The notes beneath the pieces were generated by a model. That model did not search any database, was not told the origin of the DNA, and saw only the letters and a program-made list of their open reading frames with translations. Below, in pieces: positions 10,512 through 20,797 of a DNA stretch of 64,000 bases. The stretch is taken from the NCBI GenBank assembly GCA_050251875.1, contig JBFWMA010000007.1:1-64000 (forward strand), read 5' to 3'. This DNA comes from Deferribacterales bacterium (GTDB taxonomy: Bacteria; Chrysiogenota; Deferribacteres; Deferribacterales; Geovibrionaceae). Position 1 is the stretch's first letter. Each line of letters begins with the position of its first letter. The position numbers and the translations under genes were made by a program.

Positions 10512-10546
10512 AAAAAAAGACCGGAAGAAAAAATCCTTCCGGTCTT
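10512..10546 (-). terminator. intrinsic terminator of the encapsulin operon
   Basis: AAGACCGGAAG...CTTCCGGTCTT stem with A7 run (U-tail on minus strand). Confidence 0.8.
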
Positions 10547-10552
10547 AGAAAC

Positions 10553-11353
10553 TTATTTAAGAGCGAAGCCCACAACCGCTTCCGGGGTTATAACCCTGAA
10601 AGTGAAAGACTCCGTCAGAAAAAGGTTTACTTTTTCGGAATCGTGGCTGTGATAGCCCACGGCAAAATCCTGTCCGATAGTCAGTTCGAGGTCTCCCTCT
10701 CTGTCTGCCACCATAATGGCGCCGTCCACCGCCTCGGAATAGATGATGTCGCCTTTTATCTGCTCTTTCACTATGTCGCCCAGTGTTCCGCCGGGGACAA
10801 CGTGAGCGAGGAATTTCCACAGAGCGGGTGAAACCACAAGGTTAGCCCCTGTTTTGATCCCCTCTTTTCTCATGCGTCCCTGCGCCTCGGAAAGAGCCTC
10901 CACGATGCTGTCCTTGTCCATAGTCATAGCTATTTTGTCCTTAGACACCATCTGGTTCAGACCGACAATACCGCCGTTTTTAAATCCGTTGAATACGGCT
11001 GTTTCCTCGAAGGCGGCCATCTTTCTGGCGGCCTCTGTCAGAGCGTCAAACTGAATGTCCTTCGCTCCTCTCTCGATGTTGTCAAGCTCCCATATGTTCA
11101 GAGAGAAGTTGACTCTCGCCTCCACCAGAGGGAGAACCTTGTTAACGCCGTACTGCACTCCGTCTTTTTTCTGTCCGGACGGTATATCAAGACGACCGAG
11201 GTTCACACAGGCGAAATCAACGCCTTTGGGACCTTCCACGTCGGAAAATTTTCTTGCTGAGAGATTGGCGGTCAGAGTGGCTTTCGCCAGAGCCGCTATC
11301 TCTTCCCACGCAGCGCCGCTGACGGGGGCATATTCTTTTCTTAGAAGACTCAT
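10553..11353 (-). CDS. family 1 encapsulin shell protein (linocin M18 type)
   Basis: 266 aa; 'LLRKEYAPVSGAAWEEI', 'ARKFSDVEGP', 'LTIGQDFAVGY', 'TESFTFRVITPEA'. Confidence 0.95.
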   Translation of the reverse strand: MSLLRKEYAPVSGAAWEEIAALAKATLTANLSARKFSDVEGPKGVDFACVNLGRLDIPSGQKKDGVQYGVNKVLPLVEARVNFSLNIWELDNIERGAKDIQFDALTEAARKMAAFEETAVFNGFKNGGIVGLNQMVSKDKIAMTMDKDSIVEALSEAQGRMRKEGIKTGANLVVSPALWKFLAHVVPGGTLGDIVKEQIKGDIIYSEAVDGAIMVADREGDLELTIGQDFAVGYHSHDSEKVNLFLTESFTFRVITPEAVVGFALK

Positions 11354-11366
11354 TATCTCCTCCTTT

Positions 11367-11726
11367 TTATTTCTTTTTCAGGCTGCCTATGCCGAGATCC
11401 TGCCCGGAGGCTGATTCCGGCTGGGACGCTCCGGAGAGGAACTCATCCTCCACCTCTTTCGCTCCCTGCTGGTAGAAATTCTCTTCTTCGGGATCCAGTT
11501 CTTTGAGAAGTCTCAGGAACTCCCCTGCGTGAACTTTCTCTTCATCAGCGATATCAAGGAGAACCTGCTGAGCCAGTTTGTTGTCTGTTGACTCGGCGAG
11601 CTGCTGATAAAGCTGAATGGCTTCATATTCTGCCGCGACCATAAATCGGATAGCTCTGACAAGCTCAGAGTCTGTCAGTTTTCTGTCATGCTGTAATCCG
11701 CTGAAAGGATGTCCAAAATCCGGCAT
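11367..11726 (-). CDS. encapsulin cargo ferritin-like protein with C-terminal targeting peptide
   Basis: Di-iron motifs E-YEAIQLY and DEEKVH; flexible linker ending DLGIGSLKKK; directly upstream of the shell gene. Confidence 0.9.
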   Translation of the reverse strand: MPDFGHPFSGLQHDRKLTDSELVRAIRFMVAAEYEAIQLYQQLAESTDNKLAQQVLLDIADEEKVHAGEFLRLLKELDPEEENFYQQGAKEVEDEFLSGASQPESASGQDLGIGSLKKK

Positions 11727-11940
11727 ATAATCCTCCTGTACCCGGTGTTTTATTCTTATCTAAATATACCCTCGACCATGCTTATTGAAAAGGATAATTT
11801 TTAGCAAAAACTCTCAATGATAAATTTCTGCTTTACTGTGTGTATATTGCGTCACAAAAATATTGCTCCGGCGTTTTACGGTTTAAATAGACATCGGCAT
11901 AAGTTTGTGTATAATTTTCAAAAAACCACAGGTGAAAAGC

Positions 11941-12255
11941 ATGTCAGAATTCAATAACGTTACTATAGTAAGAGAAGCGAACGTCTATTTTGACGGAAAA
12001 GTAGTCAGCCGTACCGTAAAATTCGAAGACGGAACAACAAAAACACTCGGATTCATGCAGGTCGGCGAATATACATTCAGCACAAAAGCGGCTGAGGTGA
12101 TGGAGATTCTGGGAGGCGAGCTGGATGTTGTTCTGCCCGGCAGAGACGAGATGCTCATCATCAAAGGCAAAGGCGTCTTTGAAGTTCCCGCCGATTCCTC
12201 ATTCACCATGTTTGTAAAAGTTCCCGCCGACTACTGCTGTTCATACGCCAAGTAA
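11941..12255 (+). CDS. ppnP: pyrimidine/purine nucleoside phosphorylase (YaiE/DUF1255)
   Basis: 'ANVYFDGKVVSR', 'GEYTFSTKAAEVMEI', C-terminal 'DYCCSY'; start MSEFNNV. Confidence 0.9.
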   Translation: MSEFNNVTIVREANVYFDGKVVSRTVKFEDGTTKTLGFMQVGEYTFSTKAAEVMEILGGELDVVLPGRDEMLIIKGKGVFEVPADSSFTMFVKVPADYCCSYAK

Positions 12256-12260
12256 TATAC

Positions 12261-12285
12261 AGGCGGGCATAAGCCCGCCTTTTTT
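12261..12285 (+). terminator. intrinsic terminator
   Basis: AGGCGGGC-ATAA-GCCCGCCT followed by a T-run. Confidence 0.8.
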
Positions 12286-12288
12286 ATT

Positions 12289-14304
12289 TCAGAATCTTAT
12301 ATTAAAATCTACGCCCACTGTCAGCGGGTCTCCGCCTCTGGCATACCAGTCCCCGCTCATCTGAAAAGCTCTGGTGGCATATGCCTCATCGAGCAGGTTT
12401 TTCACCCACAGATATACATCGAACCTGTCAGTCTCATACCCCGCTCTGGCGTTAACCACATAGTATGACGACTGGGTTTTGCTGTTATCCAGATCATAAT
12501 ATATTTTCCCGGCGCCGGTCAGCTCCGTATTAACAAACCAGTTATCCAGAAAACGTAAGGTCGCTCCCAGATTGTATGTACTCTCAGGCACGTTCGGCAC
12601 CTTGTTTCCGGAATAATCGTCTGAAGCGGTCTCATAATCATCGAACTCGGCAGTTACCAGCCCGATGCCGGCGTATATCTCCGCCCCCGGAGCCGCTCTG
12701 AACCTGATCTCCGCCTCAAAGCCATCGCTCGCCGCCTCCGCCGCGTTTTCAATAACAAAGTCGGGATAGGACGGTATCTCCACCTGCATCTCCGACCAGT
12801 CTATATGAAACACGGATGCGCTCAGCATCAGCTTTCTGTTCATCAGCTCTGTCTTTATCCCCGCCTCATAGTTCCATGTGAACTCTGAGCCGTATGATCT
12901 GCCCACATCCGAGTTCAGGTTGAACCCGCCGCTTCTGAAACCTCTGGAAGCGCTGACAAAGGCCCGGAAGCTGTCTGTGAAATTATATGTCACGGAAAAC
13001 TTCGGCAGCAGAGCGTCAAAGGTTCTGTCTGTTTCCCCTGACTGATCCGCATAACCTATCATAGAGCCGCCGTCCCAGATGTAGTCAAAATCCTTCTGAG
13101 TGCTCTCATATCTGAGCCCGGCTGTCAGCACAGCCCTGCCCAGAGACCAGTCAGCCTGTCCGAAAACAGCCGCCCCTGTGGTGTCTGTGCTTCCGTGTCT
13201 TTTGGAAAGAATTCCGTATGCGGTCATATCGAACCCGACATCCTGCTTCTCTCTCTCTGAATAGAAGAACAGACCGGATGTCCAGCGGACGGGCGAATTC
13301 TGCTCTTCGGACGTATATCTCAGCTCCTGGCTGAACGTATCGGTCTTTTTATATGTAGACAGTTTCATCAGATCATAAGATGTGAAATCCAGATCGTTCA
13401 GACTGTCATACTCCTCATTTCTAAAACTGGTTACGGATGTTATTCTTCCGCTGCCTCTGGTGTAGTCCGCTTTCAGAGACAGTCCTTTAGCGTCTCTCTC
13501 AACACTGCCCGGCTCGTTCACATCCACTTCGAAATCGCCGTCCAGCACCTTGTCATAAAGGTTGAACTCAGCGTAATTGCTGTCATAGCTCTGGGCGTCC
13601 GCCTTCAGGCTGATGTTCCATGAGCTGTTCGGGACAAAGCTCAGAGCCAGCTTTCCGTCAAACGCTGAAGCCTCGTCCACGTCATCCGCTCCGTCATATA
13701 CGTTTTCATAATAACCGTCCGTGCCGGTATATTTCAGAGCGGCTCTCATGAACAGTCTGTCCTTAACCAGCGCCCCGTTTCCTGTCAGAGATATCTGAGA
13801 CGTGTTATAGCTTCCGTATGACAGCCCGGCTGACCCGCTCCACTCGTTTTTCGGCTGTTTTGTGATGATATTGATTACTCCAGCCTCGGAGTTTCTGCCG
13901 TATATCGTCCCCTGTGGACCCCGCAGAACCTCTATGCGCTCAATATCCAGCAGGTTGATGTCAAACCCCGGATAGTAAACATCGTCCACATAAAAGCTGA
14001 GCACAGGGCTTCCTGTCATAAAAGACGTTACGCCTCTCACAGACGCCATGTTTTCATAACCCAGCGGTCCCATCTTCGTAAGATACATATTAGGCGTGCG
14101 CTCAAAAATTTCTTTGGTCTGCCCTATTCCCTTGTCAGAAACACTCTGATCGGTAAAGACAGTGATGCCCGCAGGCAGTGTCTGAGAATCCTGCGTCATT
14201 TTATTCGCCGTGACGTTGATCTGGTCGATGACTACATCGCTCCCCTCCGCCTGCGCCGCAGACACGGAAAGCAGCAAAAGAAACACTACAAGAAATCTGC
14301 TCAT
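12289..14304 (-). CDS. TonB-dependent siderophore receptor (FyuA/FptA-like)
   Basis: Signal peptide; TonB box DQINVTA; plug 'IERIEVLRGPQGTIYGRN'; C-terminal F. Confidence 0.92.
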   Translation of the reverse strand: MSRFLVVFLLLLSVSAAQAEGSDVVIDQINVTANKMTQDSQTLPAGITVFTDQSVSDKGIGQTKEIFERTPNMYLTKMGPLGYENMASVRGVTSFMTGSPVLSFYVDDVYYPGFDINLLDIERIEVLRGPQGTIYGRNSEAGVINIITKQPKNEWSGSAGLSYGSYNTSQISLTGNGALVKDRLFMRAALKYTGTDGYYENVYDGADDVDEASAFDGKLALSFVPNSSWNISLKADAQSYDSNYAEFNLYDKVLDGDFEVDVNEPGSVERDAKGLSLKADYTRGSGRITSVTSFRNEEYDSLNDLDFTSYDLMKLSTYKKTDTFSQELRYTSEEQNSPVRWTSGLFFYSEREKQDVGFDMTAYGILSKRHGSTDTTGAAVFGQADWSLGRAVLTAGLRYESTQKDFDYIWDGGSMIGYADQSGETDRTFDALLPKFSVTYNFTDSFRAFVSASRGFRSGGFNLNSDVGRSYGSEFTWNYEAGIKTELMNRKLMLSASVFHIDWSEMQVEIPSYPDFVIENAAEAASDGFEAEIRFRAAPGAEIYAGIGLVTAEFDDYETASDDYSGNKVPNVPESTYNLGATLRFLDNWFVNTELTGAGKIYYDLDNSKTQSSYYVVNARAGYETDRFDVYLWVKNLLDEAYATRAFQMSGDWYARGGDPLTVGVDFNIRF

Positions 14305-14354
14305 CAAAACCTCCGTTTGTTCAATGCCGCAGATTAGCTTTATGAATGGATGTA

Positions 14355-14374
14355 TTCTACCTGCAACCGGAGAA
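14355..14374 (-). promoter_or_regulatory. 20-bp putative AraC activator site, copy 1
   Basis: TTCTCCGGTTGCAGGTAGAA (gene strand), 18 nt upstream of -10-like TAATCT (14331..14336). Confidence 0.65.
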
Positions 14375-14383
14375 GAAATAATG

Positions 14384-15391
14384 CTAAACGGAAGGTCTGA
14401 GACAGCATCTGCCCAGCCTGTGTTTGATGTCCATCAGGAATTTTCCGGGGGTCACTCCGTAATGCTTCCGGAACACGGAGATGAAGTGACTGACATTGGT
14501 ATAGCCCACATTCCACGCCGCCTCGCTGACGCTGACCCTGCCGGATTCCAGCATCTTTCTGGCGTTTATCACTCTCTGCTCGGTAAGATATGTGTTCACC
14601 GTTGTGCCGAATATCTCTTTAAAACCGTTTTTCAGCTTAAATTCGTTTATTCCGGCTCTTCTGGCTATCTGGCTGTGGGAGAGAGGATCGCACAGGTTCT
14701 CGTCTATCATCGATTTTATCTTGTAAAACTTTTCGATATCCTCCGGCTGCATATTAAACGATCCGGTTCCTGTCCGGTGTGTCAGCATATCTGTAATTAT
14801 GGTATAGAACAGCCCGTTAGCCAGATTGGACAGCACGGGGTTTCTGAGCTGGTTCACATGCGGACAGTCGGCAATGCTCCTCGCCGCCGCCTCCACGGAA
14901 GCCGTCATCGGCACGGATAAAAACCTCTTGCCGCTGTCTGCAACAGAAAGCATCTCAGGAATGTCGCTCAAACCGAAAATCCTCTGCAAAACCATCTGAA
15001 AGACCGCCGGATCAAAAGACAGCTTTATCATCTCCACCGCCATCTTATCAGGTTTATGCAGAAACCCTTTCTCCTCTTCCGCCTTTCCGGATATCACATA
15101 CCCCTGACGAACCCTGTCGGTTCCTTTTTTCCCGTCTGTTCCTGTATAATGATATTCCAGATTTCCGGAAAGCCAGCACTCGAAGGTCATCAGCCCGCCC
15201 TTCACATCGAAGCTGATATCCAGACCGCCTTCAGCGGGAATCCTGACGATATACATATTGATCCCCGGCTGTACATAAACCGTCTCTATGAAAGGCGTCA
15301 TGCTGTCATATGTCAGCTCCGGCTCTGAAAAACAGGAGCAACAATCTCCCCCGCTCATATTCATGGCAACACTGCATAATGATCCGGACAT
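14384..15391 (-). CDS. AraC family regulator (PchR/YbtA-like)
   Basis: 'GINEFKLKNGFKEIFGTT...VSEAAWNVGYTNVSHF' double HTH; GGAGG SD before ATG 15391. Confidence 0.9.
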   Translation of the reverse strand: MSGSLCSVAMNMSGGDCCSCFSEPELTYDSMTPFIETVYVQPGINMYIVRIPAEGGLDISFDVKGGLMTFECWLSGNLEYHYTGTDGKKGTDRVRQGYVISGKAEEEKGFLHKPDKMAVEMIKLSFDPAVFQMVLQRIFGLSDIPEMLSVADSGKRFLSVPMTASVEAAARSIADCPHVNQLRNPVLSNLANGLFYTIITDMLTHRTGTGSFNMQPEDIEKFYKIKSMIDENLCDPLSHSQIARRAGINEFKLKNGFKEIFGTTVNTYLTEQRVINARKMLESGRVSVSEAAWNVGYTNVSHFISVFRKHYGVTPGKFLMDIKHRLGRCCLRPSV

Positions 15392-15435
15392 ACGCACCTC
15401 CCTGAAATACGCATCATTATTATATCATCTGATTT

Positions 15436-15450
15436 TGATAGTCAATATCA
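15436..15450. promoter_or_regulatory. Fur box (7-1-7)
   Basis: TGATAGT-C-AATATCA between the divergent AraC genes. Confidence 0.6.
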
Positions 15451-15482
15451 TTATTTCCTTGACACGCTCATACCTATTGTAT

Positions 15483-15501
15483 GATAATGATTATCATTAT
15501 T
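15483..15501. promoter_or_regulatory. Fur box
   Basis: GATAATGATTATCATTATT, 17/19 match to GATAATGATAATCATTATC; TTGACA at 15459..15464. Confidence 0.9.
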
Positions 15502-15529
15502 TTATATATTTCCATAGAGGGGTTGTAAA

Positions 15530-16579
15530 ATGCACGAGAAATTCCCGATGATGGGTATTGTCACTGAGAAGGACATAGCAGTTTATAAACTCAGAAATGA
15601 ACAAGGGGTCTATGACGAAATTCCTGTCAGCAACCATTCCTTCGAAATGCACGGGCTGCAGAGATATGTGGAAGAAATAAACATACAGAGCGGACTTTCT
15701 GTTTTCCTGATAGATATCCCCGCCGAGGCGGAGATAGAGATGGAATATTCCGTGAATGAATGTCCTCTGGCGTTCGGCATCACTCTGGAGTGCGACATGC
15801 GCTCGGTGTATTATAAAAACGGCATAGAGCTCATGACGGAGCAGAAGCACCCGAACACCCTTGTTATCAGCAAGACAAACAACACCAGCGGAAAAAGCGT
15901 GAAGGAGAAAGGGAAACCTGTTCAGGCAGTGAGCATCGCCTTTGATAAAAATCTGGCAAAGGTGCTGTTCAAAAACGAGCTGGGGTTTATCAAGCCCGAG
16001 CTGAACGATTTCTTTCAGGACAACGACTGTTTTTATGGGATGACAGAAAACGCCTCTCCGGTGCTCATAGCCGCCGCCCGGTCTATAATGTCCTGTTCTC
16101 TGGCATCGCCCAAGAGAGAGCTTTTTATCAAATCAAAAGTTTTCGAGCTTATGAATCATATCTTCTCAGAAGTTTTTCTGAACGGCTCGGACACAGCGAA
16201 GAGATCCGTTCTTCAGCCGGGAGAAGTGGACAAAATAAAAGACATCAGAGACTATATAGCAGAGCGTATAGATACTCCCCCCACCATAAACGAGCTGGCG
16301 AGGCTCTCCGGCATAAACGATTTCAAACTGAAAGCCGGTTTCAAAGAAGTTTTCGGAACAACTGTGTACGGATATATCCAGTCAGAAAAGATGACAAAAG
16401 CGAAAATAATGCTGGAAACAGGCGAACACACCGTCAGCGAGATAGCATGGACCATCGGATATACCAACGTCAGCCACTTCATCAAGGCGTTTAAAAAACA
16501 CTACAACATCACCCCCGGTCAGATGCTCTATCATGTCAAGAGCGACATAACCCAGAGCCGCATCAAATACTCCGTTTAG
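15530..16579 (+). CDS. AraC family regulator (PchR/YbtA-like)
   Basis: 'PPTINELARLSGINDFKLKAGFKEVFGTT...VSEIAWTIGYTNVSHF'. Confidence 0.92.
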   Translation: MHEKFPMMGIVTEKDIAVYKLRNEQGVYDEIPVSNHSFEMHGLQRYVEEINIQSGLSVFLIDIPAEAEIEMEYSVNECPLAFGITLECDMRSVYYKNGIELMTEQKHPNTLVISKTNNTSGKSVKEKGKPVQAVSIAFDKNLAKVLFKNELGFIKPELNDFFQDNDCFYGMTENASPVLIAAARSIMSCSLASPKRELFIKSKVFELMNHIFSEVFLNGSDTAKRSVLQPGEVDKIKDIRDYIAERIDTPPTINELARLSGINDFKLKAGFKEVFGTTVYGYIQSEKMTKAKIMLETGEHTVSEIAWTIGYTNVSHFIKAFKKHYNITPGQMLYHVKSDITQSRIKYSV

Positions 16580-16588
16580 AGCATATAT

Positions 16589-16608
16589 CGATCCCTCTGC
16601 GGGCAGAA
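16589..16608 (+). promoter_or_regulatory. 20-bp putative AraC activator site, copy 2
   Basis: CGATCCCTCTGCGGGCAGAA, 18 nt upstream of TAAAAT (16627..16632). Confidence 0.65.
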
Positions 16609-16658
16609 TAAACTTTCAGATGAGCATAAAATAAATATGCAATATTTTGGAGGTTTAT

Positions 16659-18731
16659 ATGAAGAGATTTTTTAATCTGATTTGCGTCATCACAGTTATG
16701 ACGCTGTTTCAGGGCGTCTCCTTCGCTGATGATGTTCAGCTGGAGACCATCACCGTCACGGCGGAAAAAAGAGCCGCCGATCCGCAGGAAGTTCCGACTC
16801 CCATGAACGTAATGTCCGACACTTTCGTACAGGATTCGGACATTGACAACATGAAAGACATGGCAAGATATGTGCCGAACATCATCCTCGATTCATGGGG
16901 AATGAATCAGGTGTGGGTTGTTTTCAGAGGCATGAGCGCCAGTGAGTTTCTGGGAACCAGCTCCATGGTTCAGAACATAGACGGTCAGGCTAACGACAGC
17001 AACTACGGCTTCGATACATCATTTGAGGATGTTGAGCGTGTGGAGGTGCTCAGAGGACCCCAGGGAACTCTCTATGGCAAGAACGCCATCAGCGGCGCCA
17101 TCAACATAGTCACTAAAAAACCCGGCAATGACTTCACCGGAATGGTGGGATTCTCAGCGGAAGAGAGAAACGGTCTCACGGCGAAATTCGCCCTCTCCGG
17201 TCCTCTGAAAAAAGACAGATTCTATATGGGGCTTTCCGGCGGATATGAACAGTCTGACGGATATCTCAATGATAAAACCCCAGGTGCAAAAGACAACATA
17301 GACGGGCACGACAAACACTTTATGACTCTGAAACTGAGAGCCACTCCCGGAAAAGACAATGACATCCTGTTCAAATACTCTCACAATGAGGTCAACGGAT
17401 CAGCTCCGTCCGCTGTTTTCACCAACACGCCTGACTATGATATCTACACGGGTCTCACAGACAGCGACTATGACGACTCAAAATCGCTTACCGATTCTCT
17501 GCTGCTGAACATGGAGTTCAAAAGACCGTTCGCAGATATCACATCCATCACTTCATACAGGAATGTGAACACTGACGAAACGATGGTTATGGGTACAATA
17601 TCAGGAGCAAGCTCCATGGGTCTTCAGGATTTTGAAATGCCCTCTTTCTCACAGGAACTGAGAGTATCGTCCCACGGCGATAAAGGCGTCAAATGGATCA
17701 CAGGGCTCTTCTATGACAACTCAAAATACGATGTGAGCGAGATGTCCAGCATATATGACTACACTATCTACACCTATAAATATAACTGGATGCCCGTAAC
17801 AAAATCCCAGACATACGCCGCTTTTGCAGAGGCAACAATTCCTCTGTTCTCAGAAAAATTCTCTGTAACTCTGGGCGGAAGGTATGAAAAAACAAAAAGA
17901 GAGATGGACTACAGGCTGGTTACAAGCATGAGCGGGATGACGCTCACAGACGACAGCTATAGTGTGGACAAGGAATGGTCTTCTGTTCTGGGCAAGATCG
18001 CCTTCGCCTATGAACCGTCAGAAAACAGAAACTTTTATATGTCTCTCACACAGGGATACACCCCCGGCGGATTCAACTATACCACCGCAGATCCGGAAGT
18101 AGCTGATTTCAACGAAACAAAATCCCTTAACTATGAAATAGGGATGAAAACAAAACTGCTGAACAACAGAGTGATGCTGAATGCCAATATCTTCCACTCC
18201 ATATACGAGGATCTTCAGGTTATGGAGACCGACTATTTTTCAAGCATCTATTCAGTTAAGAACGCAGGCAAGGCGCATTCCACCGGTATAGAAACAGATA
18301 TTCAGGCTAAGCTGACAAAGGGGCTGGATATTTTCCTCACAGCGGGGCTGATGGAAGCGAAATATGATGATTTCGAAATAAGTTCCGAGAATTTTGACGG
18401 AAACTATATGATAGGCGCTCCCAAATTCACCGGAACAATCGGGGCAACCTACAGACACTCCACAGGTTTGATGGGTTCTGTGAACGTAAGACACACAGGC
18501 AAAACCTATTACACCAAATCAAACAACGATGAAACACTTCAGGAATCATATGAAACTGTAAATGTAAAAGTGGGATATGAATCCATGAAAGGCTATGAGA
18601 TATATCTCTTCGTCAGAAACCTGACTGATGAAAGATATTTCACATACATGAGAGACGGCGGTTCCAGTTTTATTTATAACTATGTCAGCGCGCCGAGAAC
18701 AGCCGGAGTAGAAGTAAACTACAGATTCTGA
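16659..18731 (+). CDS. TonB-dependent siderophore receptor
   Basis: ATG 16659 after GGAGG; signal peptide; ETITVTAEKR; 'VERVEVLRGPQGTLYGKN'; ends YRF. Confidence 0.93.
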   Translation: MKRFFNLICVITVMTLFQGVSFADDVQLETITVTAEKRAADPQEVPTPMNVMSDTFVQDSDIDNMKDMARYVPNIILDSWGMNQVWVVFRGMSASEFLGTSSMVQNIDGQANDSNYGFDTSFEDVERVEVLRGPQGTLYGKNAISGAINIVTKKPGNDFTGMVGFSAEERNGLTAKFALSGPLKKDRFYMGLSGGYEQSDGYLNDKTPGAKDNIDGHDKHFMTLKLRATPGKDNDILFKYSHNEVNGSAPSAVFTNTPDYDIYTGLTDSDYDDSKSLTDSLLLNMEFKRPFADITSITSYRNVNTDETMVMGTISGASSMGLQDFEMPSFSQELRVSSHGDKGVKWITGLFYDNSKYDVSEMSSIYDYTIYTYKYNWMPVTKSQTYAAFAEATIPLFSEKFSVTLGGRYEKTKREMDYRLVTSMSGMTLTDDSYSVDKEWSSVLGKIAFAYEPSENRNFYMSLTQGYTPGGFNYTTADPEVADFNETKSLNYEIGMKTKLLNNRVMLNANIFHSIYEDLQVMETDYFSSIYSVKNAGKAHSTGIETDIQAKLTKGLDIFLTAGLMEAKYDDFEISSENFDGNYMIGAPKFTGTIGATYRHSTGLMGSVNVRHTGKTYYTKSNNDETLQESYETVNVKVGYESMKGYEIYLFVRNLTDERYFTYMRDGGSSFIYNYVSAPRTAGVEVNYRF

Positions 18732-18736
18732 TAATC

Positions 18737-18767
18737 AATCCCCCGCGGCGAAACACTGCGGGGGATT
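18737..18767. terminator. terminator hairpin between convergent genes
   Basis: AATCCCCCGCGG...CTGCGGGGGATT stem. Confidence 0.7.
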
Positions 18768-18771
18768 TCTT

Positions 18772-20034
18772 TTAAAAGCTGAATTTTATTCCTGAATAAA
18801 TGAAATCATTCTCTGTGAACTGACCGTAAGCGGTGTCCTCTCCGCCGAAAATATTCATGTATCCGGCGCTGAGCACTATATCGTCTCCGTATTTATAACT
18901 GATAAAGACTTCCGCCGCTCCGCTTCTGTCGCTCAGATAGACCGTGCCTCTGACTCCGGCGCTCAGATCATCCTGAAAATATTTTTCGCTGACTTCAAAT
19001 GAAACGCCTCTGGTCTCTCTGTCTGCGGGCAGATCATCTCCGTCCGTATAAGAGCCGAAGAGCTGAAAATTGATATATCCGCTGTTGCGGAAACTCATGT
19101 CGTATCCCAGCACCCATTCATAAAAATCGTGCCTGCGGGGTTTATCGGCGTGCTGAACATATTTATTATGCTTCAGGGAGAACTCGCCTCTCAGGGTGCT
19201 CCGCCCCATGCCCGAGGCGAAGTTTATGCCGTATGCCGTCAGAGGTTTGTACCCTACAGTGTAAACACCGTCAGTCTGCGTATAGAAAGGATTGTCATCA
19301 TATCCGGAGAAAATAATCAGCCCGATATCCGTACTGCCGAATGTGCCGTATGTTCTGAAAGCCGCTTCAGCGGATTCCGGCTTATCCTCATATTTCAGCC
19401 CCAGATGCCCTTCCGCCGCCGCCTCATACATCTTTTTCATGGATTCTCCCAGCCACGGATTGCCGTATTCCGGCATAGACATCACTTCCGCAGACGGCAG
19501 AATCACCAGTTCATATGTGAGAGGCTGTGACGTATAGATTATCTCCGCCAGCAGAACTGCTTCTCTGTTGTCTGAGCGTGCGGTGGAGAACAGGTTTCCG
19601 GAATCTTTCGGATTGATAAGATCCATGGGGTTTATACCGTCTCCGGTACCCCACCGGAGCATCTTCTTACCCGCTATCACGTCCAGCCTGCGGGTGTCCA
19701 GAGTGATGAAAGCCTCGTCCAGAGAGCTTTCTGCTTTTCTGCCGTATGCTTTCTCGGTATCATTCTCAAAAATTTCAGAGATATAGCCTCTGACATGATC
19801 CGTTTTGAACTGCTGTTCCAGAAAGATTTTCTGTCTGTTCTGAAGAATACCGTCTTTCACTGTGAAATGCCTGAATGTCTCTTCTGCGTAACCGCTGAAA
19901 AACAGCGCTTTTTCTTTCGTATCCGCCGCTGCTTCAGCGAAGCCTTCCGGGAAAAAATCATCCCCGAAAGGCTCAGCGTGAAGTGACCTCAACAGGAGAA
20001 ACAGGGTCAGAAAAATGAACGTATATAATCTCAT
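18772..20034 (-). CDS. putative outer-membrane beta-barrel (DUF1302-like)
   Basis: Signal peptide; 'GKKMLRWGTGDGINPMDLINP'; C-terminal FSF; usual partner of MMPL + LolA-like genes. Confidence 0.7.
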   Translation of the reverse strand: MRLYTFIFLTLFLLLRSLHAEPFGDDFFPEGFAEAAADTKEKALFFSGYAEETFRHFTVKDGILQNRQKIFLEQQFKTDHVRGYISEIFENDTEKAYGRKAESSLDEAFITLDTRRLDVIAGKKMLRWGTGDGINPMDLINPKDSGNLFSTARSDNREAVLLAEIIYTSQPLTYELVILPSAEVMSMPEYGNPWLGESMKKMYEAAAEGHLGLKYEDKPESAEAAFRTYGTFGSTDIGLIIFSGYDDNPFYTQTDGVYTVGYKPLTAYGINFASGMGRSTLRGEFSLKHNKYVQHADKPRRHDFYEWVLGYDMSFRNSGYINFQLFGSYTDGDDLPADRETRGVSFEVSEKYFQDDLSAGVRGTVYLSDRSGAAEVFISYKYGDDIVLSAGYMNIFGGEDTAYGQFTENDFIYSGIKFSF

Positions 20035-20796
20035 CTATCTCTTCAGATTGCTCAGGTGAAACAGCTCGTCACTGACTCCGGAGTTATAGACTATCTCACG
20101 GCGCTCCAGAAAAGTTTTGTTTTCTGTGCCGCTGGTGCTCATCACCGTTTTGGTGTATGTCATTATTCCGTCTATGTCTTTATATCCGCCGTACAGAGCG
20201 GTTTTTATCAACCGCCCTCTTTTATCGAAATATTCCGTCTTAACCGGAAGAAAAAAACCGTCATGAACCCATATCCTGCGTTTGCTGTAATTAGTGTCCT
20301 TTTTCCGCAGGGGCACGCTTTCAACGACATAACAGTCAAAATCGCCCAGCTTCTCTTTTTTCAGCAGAGTATGGGCATCGTCATCCACCGCCCTCTTCTC
20401 TATATCTTCGTTGGCAAAGTCAGACCGCATGAACGATCCCTTCTTTCCGCCTCCGGATATTCTCCGGGTCAGATTCTCCGCCGGAAGAAACATCCACATG
20501 TCGTCATCCTTCAGTGTGTCGTCATATCCCCATGTCAGATACATAGTCCCCTGAACGTCCGCCGGTTCTTCGAACATAATGAGGGTCTTTGTGTCGTCAC
20601 CATATTTTTTGCTTCTGCTGTCTATCTTTCTCACCAGCTTCATATCGCCCCGCTGAATCAGCATAACCATCTTCATCATGCTGTCTCTGCTGGTGTCCAC
20701 ATCATCCATCTTCTGATATATCTCTCTCCCGGTCAGCTCAGCGCTCGCCGGAAGCGTCATGACAAGAGTCATCAAAAAAACATAAAAATATTTCAT
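20035..20796 (-). CDS. LolA-like outer membrane lipoprotein-sorting protein
   Basis: 'FEEPADVQGTMYL...DDMWMFLPA..RRI...SFMRSDFANED', 'YFDKRGRLIK'. Confidence 0.85.
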   Translation of the reverse strand: MKYFYVFLMTLVMTLPASAELTGREIYQKMDDVDTSRDSMMKMVMLIQRGDMKLVRKIDSRSKKYGDDTKTLIMFEEPADVQGTMYLTWGYDDTLKDDDMWMFLPAENLTRRISGGGKKGSFMRSDFANEDIEKRAVDDDAHTLLKKEKLGDFDCYVVESVPLRKKDTNYSKRRIWVHDGFFLPVKTEYFDKRGRLIKTALYGGYKDIDGIMTYTKTVMSTSGTENKTFLERREIVYNSGVSDELFHLSNLKR

Positions 20797-20797
20797 A

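Noticed and set aside
14384..15391. Cys clusters (DCCSC, RCC) in the first AraC as a metal-sensing site
   Set aside because: Located in variable termini, absent from the paralog, and conservation cannot be assessed here
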